64,000 nucleotides of DNA from Eutreptiella sp. 'Long Island Sound 2002' (taxonomy: Eukaryota > Protista > Euglenida), in assembly GCA_964036045.1 (NCBI GenBank), contig OZ038379.1, forward strand, positions 9,052,001-9,116,000. Reading direction: 5' to 3'. The position numbers and the translations under genes were made by a program. Shown piece after piece: positions 60,101 through 64,000 of this stretch; position 1 is the first letter of the stretch; each line of letters begins with the position of its first letter. The notes below the pieces were generated by a model, which worked only from the letters and a program-made list of their open reading frames with translations, was not told the DNA's origin and searched no databases.

Positions 60101-62459
60101 CATGCACGCAGCAGCATCAAGTAAGTGTTCCGGGTGACCAATGGGAGGTGAGTTGTGGTGCAGTGTGTCCATGCTGCCCCCTGCCTTCCTTCCGCCCTTG
60201 TCCTTTTGCCGCCCTTGAAGAGGAGGTCCCGAACAAGAGGACACTAGGATAGGGGTTCAAAGAAGTGGGAAGAGGCACAAAGGGGGGTGACGCCGGCACC
60301 TCCAAATACTCCACTTGCAGAAACTTCAACACCTTCAACAACGAAGAGGTCGGCGGCATTTTAGGACAGCCGTGTGCAGCCTTCATGGCACAAGGGCAGC
60401 TGCAGCGACACAACGAAGTAGACGAAGCTGTGGATCTCGAACTGCATGGTCCCCATGGCGCAGCGCACAGCCGCCACCCGGCTGGCCGTGCACCGTGACT
60501 ATCTCGACATCAATGATGCACCCTTTCCTATCACTGTTTGTGTCTTCTTAGGGCACGTGTAGACAGCACCTTTGTCCAAACAACGCGAGGTGTTGTTTCC
60601 GCAATTTTTTTTAATTTACCATTGTTTGTGCAAGGGGTGGGGGTTAGATGCGCGCGGGACACACATTCCCCTTTCGGCTATGGCCTCCTCGGGGTATGGG
60701 GGACTGTTGCACGCATGTGGGGATTCAACAAGGTCGGCAAGGAGAGGGGGGGGGGTTGCATTCCGTGCTTGGGTATTGAGCTGGCTACTGAACGGCACCA
60801 CTTGCTGTCGAATGTATTTTGTCCTAAGGTGAAATGAGGTGACAGAATTTGTACAGCATCACAAAGAATGAGAATGCAATCAATTGTAGTGGTGGCGTGC
60901 AGCTTATTTTGTACTGGATCTGGGCTTTGGAGATGCTGTGGCAAGACACAAGTTCAGGCCTTATGCACAGATTCCAGGAGCGGTTTGAAAACAACAACAA
61001 TGCCATCAAAATGGAAATGAAAGCCATGTGATAGATGTGTACTGACCCAGCGCCAAAGCGCCTCAAAGTGCTGGGCCCGGCTGCACACAGATTTTGGTTT
61101 CCGGTGTCATGCGCATCTTGAGAATCTTCTGTCCCGTAGAGGTTTTCCCAATCCATGTTCATTATAACGGAGGATGAGCGTGGTGCTTCAGGAGCGGTCG
61201 GTGATTCGGTGCTGCAGTGAGCAAGATGGGACAACGGGACCGTGGAGGCGCCTTCGGCACCTCTGAGAGGCTCGTCTATGGTGCACAGGGCAATCACCTG
61301 CTCAGGCAGGTTGTGTGTTGTGTCTGACAAGCGGGGAGAGAGAGGCTGAGATCAACCTGTGGAGCTTCCGGTCACATGGATCGTGAATGAGAAATTTGTC
61401 TGTGGTGCGTACGGGACGGTCACTAGCCCAGCGGATGTCGTAGGCCGTTGGAACTGCGGAGGTGCCTTTGGCGCCTTTGCGGGGCTGGTTGGCGAGCAAT
61501 GCGTTCAATCATTAGGAAGCAACCTTGTGTTTGCGAGCGGTGCGAGCAAATAAAAGTTTTCGAATAGTATGTAATGTATTGTATTGTATTATATTCAGTT
61601 GCAATTTGTTGCCGGACCACCCAGGTCCAACAGGCCTTTAGGCTGCATGGTCTGACTGTCATGGTACGACTCCTGTACATATGCCAGCCCGGACACAGAC
61701 GAGACAGTACGGCGATTGCTGAAAACTTGTCTTATCTGCCGCAGGAGGAGGTGAGGGCGGAGGATGGGCGGAGGGTTCCGGGGATGGTGTCACTCCATAA
61801 CTGACAACCGATAGCGGTTAGAGGGTAACCGCCGGCAATTGCACGGTGTCGAGGGCGGTCGCTTTACAGAAAAAAAAAAGGGAAGAATTCTTGCTTCCCG
61901 ACCATGTGTTGACCCAGTGATGTGGTTCGGGTGTTCAACCTCCCTGTGATATAAAGCGGAAGGCAGAGGGTTACAATGAATCGGTGTACAGATGCTTCAT
62001 GGCCACGAACGGCCACGATGGAGCATTTTCTTGGGCATGGGAGGGGGAGGGGGAGGGGGAGGGGGGTAGCATGCAGCTTTTCCTACTTTCCACCAGCCTT
62101 GGTCGTGGATACGGCGTTATGCACTAGCACCGTCACCTGTCCAGGCAGGCCACAATGTAAAGTAGATCAGGCCATATTGCACGGATAGTGCGGAGGCGCC
62201 TGCGGCACCTTTCAACCTTCCCACATGGCTTCGGCTTACGACATACAGACCCCCGATCCAGCCATCAGGCTTGAGTGGCCCCACGGGGGGGCTGTCTCCT
62301 CAGTTCGGGTGCTCAGTATTGTCAACTCGTGATCCAGAGAAAGTATAGACAGAAAGTCATTGCCACTTCTTTGGAGAAACAGAAGTGCATAATCTATAGT
62401 AACTCGCGTAAAGGCGGTCCCGCTGCTGCCCACAACCCTTAGTGCTCGTGCTTGGCTCT

Positions 62460-62561
62460 GCTCCTCCTTCATTCCTCTGCTATGCTATTTCTCTTTTCCT
62501 AGCGCCCTTCTTCTTGTCATCTTCTCCTGTCAAACCGTCTCCCCTACTGTTTGAACCGCAG
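62460..62561 (+). promoter_or_regulatory. Long polypyrimidine tract with CAG acceptor (possible SL trans-splice site)
   Basis: About 95 nt of C/T-rich sequence ends in ccgcAG, 8 nt before ATG 62570. Confidence 0.55.
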
Positions 62562-62569
62562 CTTCAAAG

Positions 62570-62956
62570 ATGAACATTCCTGCTGTCCTTGTTTCTGCCA
62601 CCCTGAGCTTCTGCCTCGGTGGACTGTGGTACTCGCCCGCCATGTTCCTCAAACCCTGGCTCAAAGCCATGAACGCCAAGGACCAGAGTGGAGCAGGACA
62701 CTCCAACGCTGCTTTCATAGCTGCATACGTGTTCGCCGTTATTGGAGCCTACATGCTGGCTGACCTGCTGGGACCGCAGCCCCCCCTTTCCGATGCGCTT
62801 GCCCTCAGCTTGAAAGTTGGGTTGGGCTTCGTAGCAACGAGCTTTGGGATCAATTATCAGTTTGCAGGGCGCCCGTTGCCCGCGCTTCTCATCGACGGAG
62901 GGTACCATGTCCTGCAGTTTCTCATCGCTGGAGTTGTGCTCGGGCTCTGGCACTGA
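62570..62956 (+). CDS. DUF1761-family 4-TM membrane protein (128 aa), intronless, bacterial-like
   Basis: Contains family motifs LGGLWYSP.MF.KPW, GLGFVATSFGINYQF and LIDGGYH..QF...G.VLGLW, with four hydrophobic segments. Confidence 0.85.
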   Translation: MNIPAVLVSATLSFCLGGLWYSPAMFLKPWLKAMNAKDQSGAGHSNAAFIAAYVFAVIGAYMLADLLGPQPPLSDALALSLKVGLGFVATSFGINYQFAGRPLPALLIDGGYHVLQFLIAGVVLGLWH

Positions 62957-64000
62957 ACTTTCTGAGCACGAAGCGGGCAAGTCATCACCAGCAAGGGCTG
63001 GCGAACATTCTACAGCCAAAAGCGTCCACAGCGACAAGGTCTACCATGCAGACAGAAATCACCACAGCGAAGCGGGACTGAGCTGTTTGGATCGGAGGAG
63101 GTGGCCATACCAGGATGGTACAGTAGCTGTGGCAGCATGGATTCGCCCCAAAAGCCATTGCAGGAGACAGCTGTTGTATGCCGATTGCGTTGAACGATTT
63201 GCAGTGATAACCTCCTCTGTGATCGTCTGCATCTTTCCCGTCCTGCCATCTCACCTTGGTGTTGAACGCTACCTCGTACCCTTTGATCAGGGCACTGACG
63301 GAATGGCAATTCTGGCCATGGTGAATCACGCCAGTCTACCTCGTTCGCTTTTGGACAGTCCATCTTTGCACCAGGACCAGTGATGCCAGGTGGAGTGTTG
63401 CTGCTGTGAAAACTGAAGTGGGCAATGCTGCGCAGTGAAGTGGGCATAGCTGAGCTGGAGCAGGATGCCATAGGTTGCAACTGGAGACCACTGCTTGGCA
63501 TGTGCAGGGTATGGGGCTGGGAGCGATAAATGCAAGAAGTGGTGCTGGATTTTCACTGAGGTCACACTTTGTGCCTCAGCTAGCAGAGCTTCACATTGCT
63601 GCCTCTAGCCTTAGCCCCCCCCCCCCCTTCATACCGCTTGACCTGATTGCTGAGGGCACTCCAAGGCCACGTGCATGGCTCCCAGTCTTTGATTTGTCCG
63701 GACTCTATCTATGTAGTTGACGGAGTGCTGGGAGGGCACAAAAGTGGAGGCGCCACAAGTGGCAAACCTAGTTGGGCCCAGCACACCAGGTAGCTCTATG
63801 GACCCAGATCCTCCAGTGGCTTGATGACATTGGTGCCGAAGTCTATTGGCACAGGTATCAGAGGCAATGAACAGGCAAACTGTCGAGCGGATGAGGGGTG
63901 ACGGAAGTCCCCGCTTTTAAAAGGACAGGTATCGGTCAAGCCCACCATCACCATGGCTGAACCAGAACACGATGACCCCCTCCCACTGCCCATGGAAATT

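Noticed and set aside
60824-61560. Minus-strand protein-like ORFs, also 62985-63501, 63796-63993, 43860-45000 and 2825-3290
   Set aside because: No recognisable domain or consistent exon structure; they could be TE relics or chance ORFs.

Overview
Eukaryotic, repeat-rich genomic DNA, most likely from a photosynthetic euglenid. This is an inference from a class I-type plastid presequence with two hydrophobic segments, GT-AG introns and polypyrimidine/AG acceptors just upstream of start codons. Four host genes are supportable: (1) a 5-exon plastid/thylakoid-lumen protein (10359-16661), (2) a 2-exon, probably mitochondrial RAP-domain protein with 11 near-identical 39-aa repeats (22042-25301), (3) an ankyrin-repeat protein with an F-box-like C-terminal motif (about 42028-43536), and (4) an intronless, bacterial-looking DUF1761 membrane protein (62570-62956). 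The rest is mostly transposable elements. These include a TSD-flanked, full-length 9.3-kb three-ORF LINE (APE-RT-RNaseH-CCHC; 30122-39453, minus strand) and a 5'-truncated divergent relative (about 55571-59345). There are also a CGGBP1/hAT-like transposase remnant, PIF/Harbinger-like remnants with a B-box-like finger, Ty3/Gypsy RT remnants, several MITE/Helitron-like elements and microsatellites. The best leads are the divergent LINE lineage (extra ORF, structured 5' end, conserved unknown C-terminal domain), the variable-residue repeat plus RAP protein, a CAG/CCWGG-context C-to-T mutation signature, and the DUF1761 HGT candidate. All domain calls come from reading motifs by eye; no searches were run.
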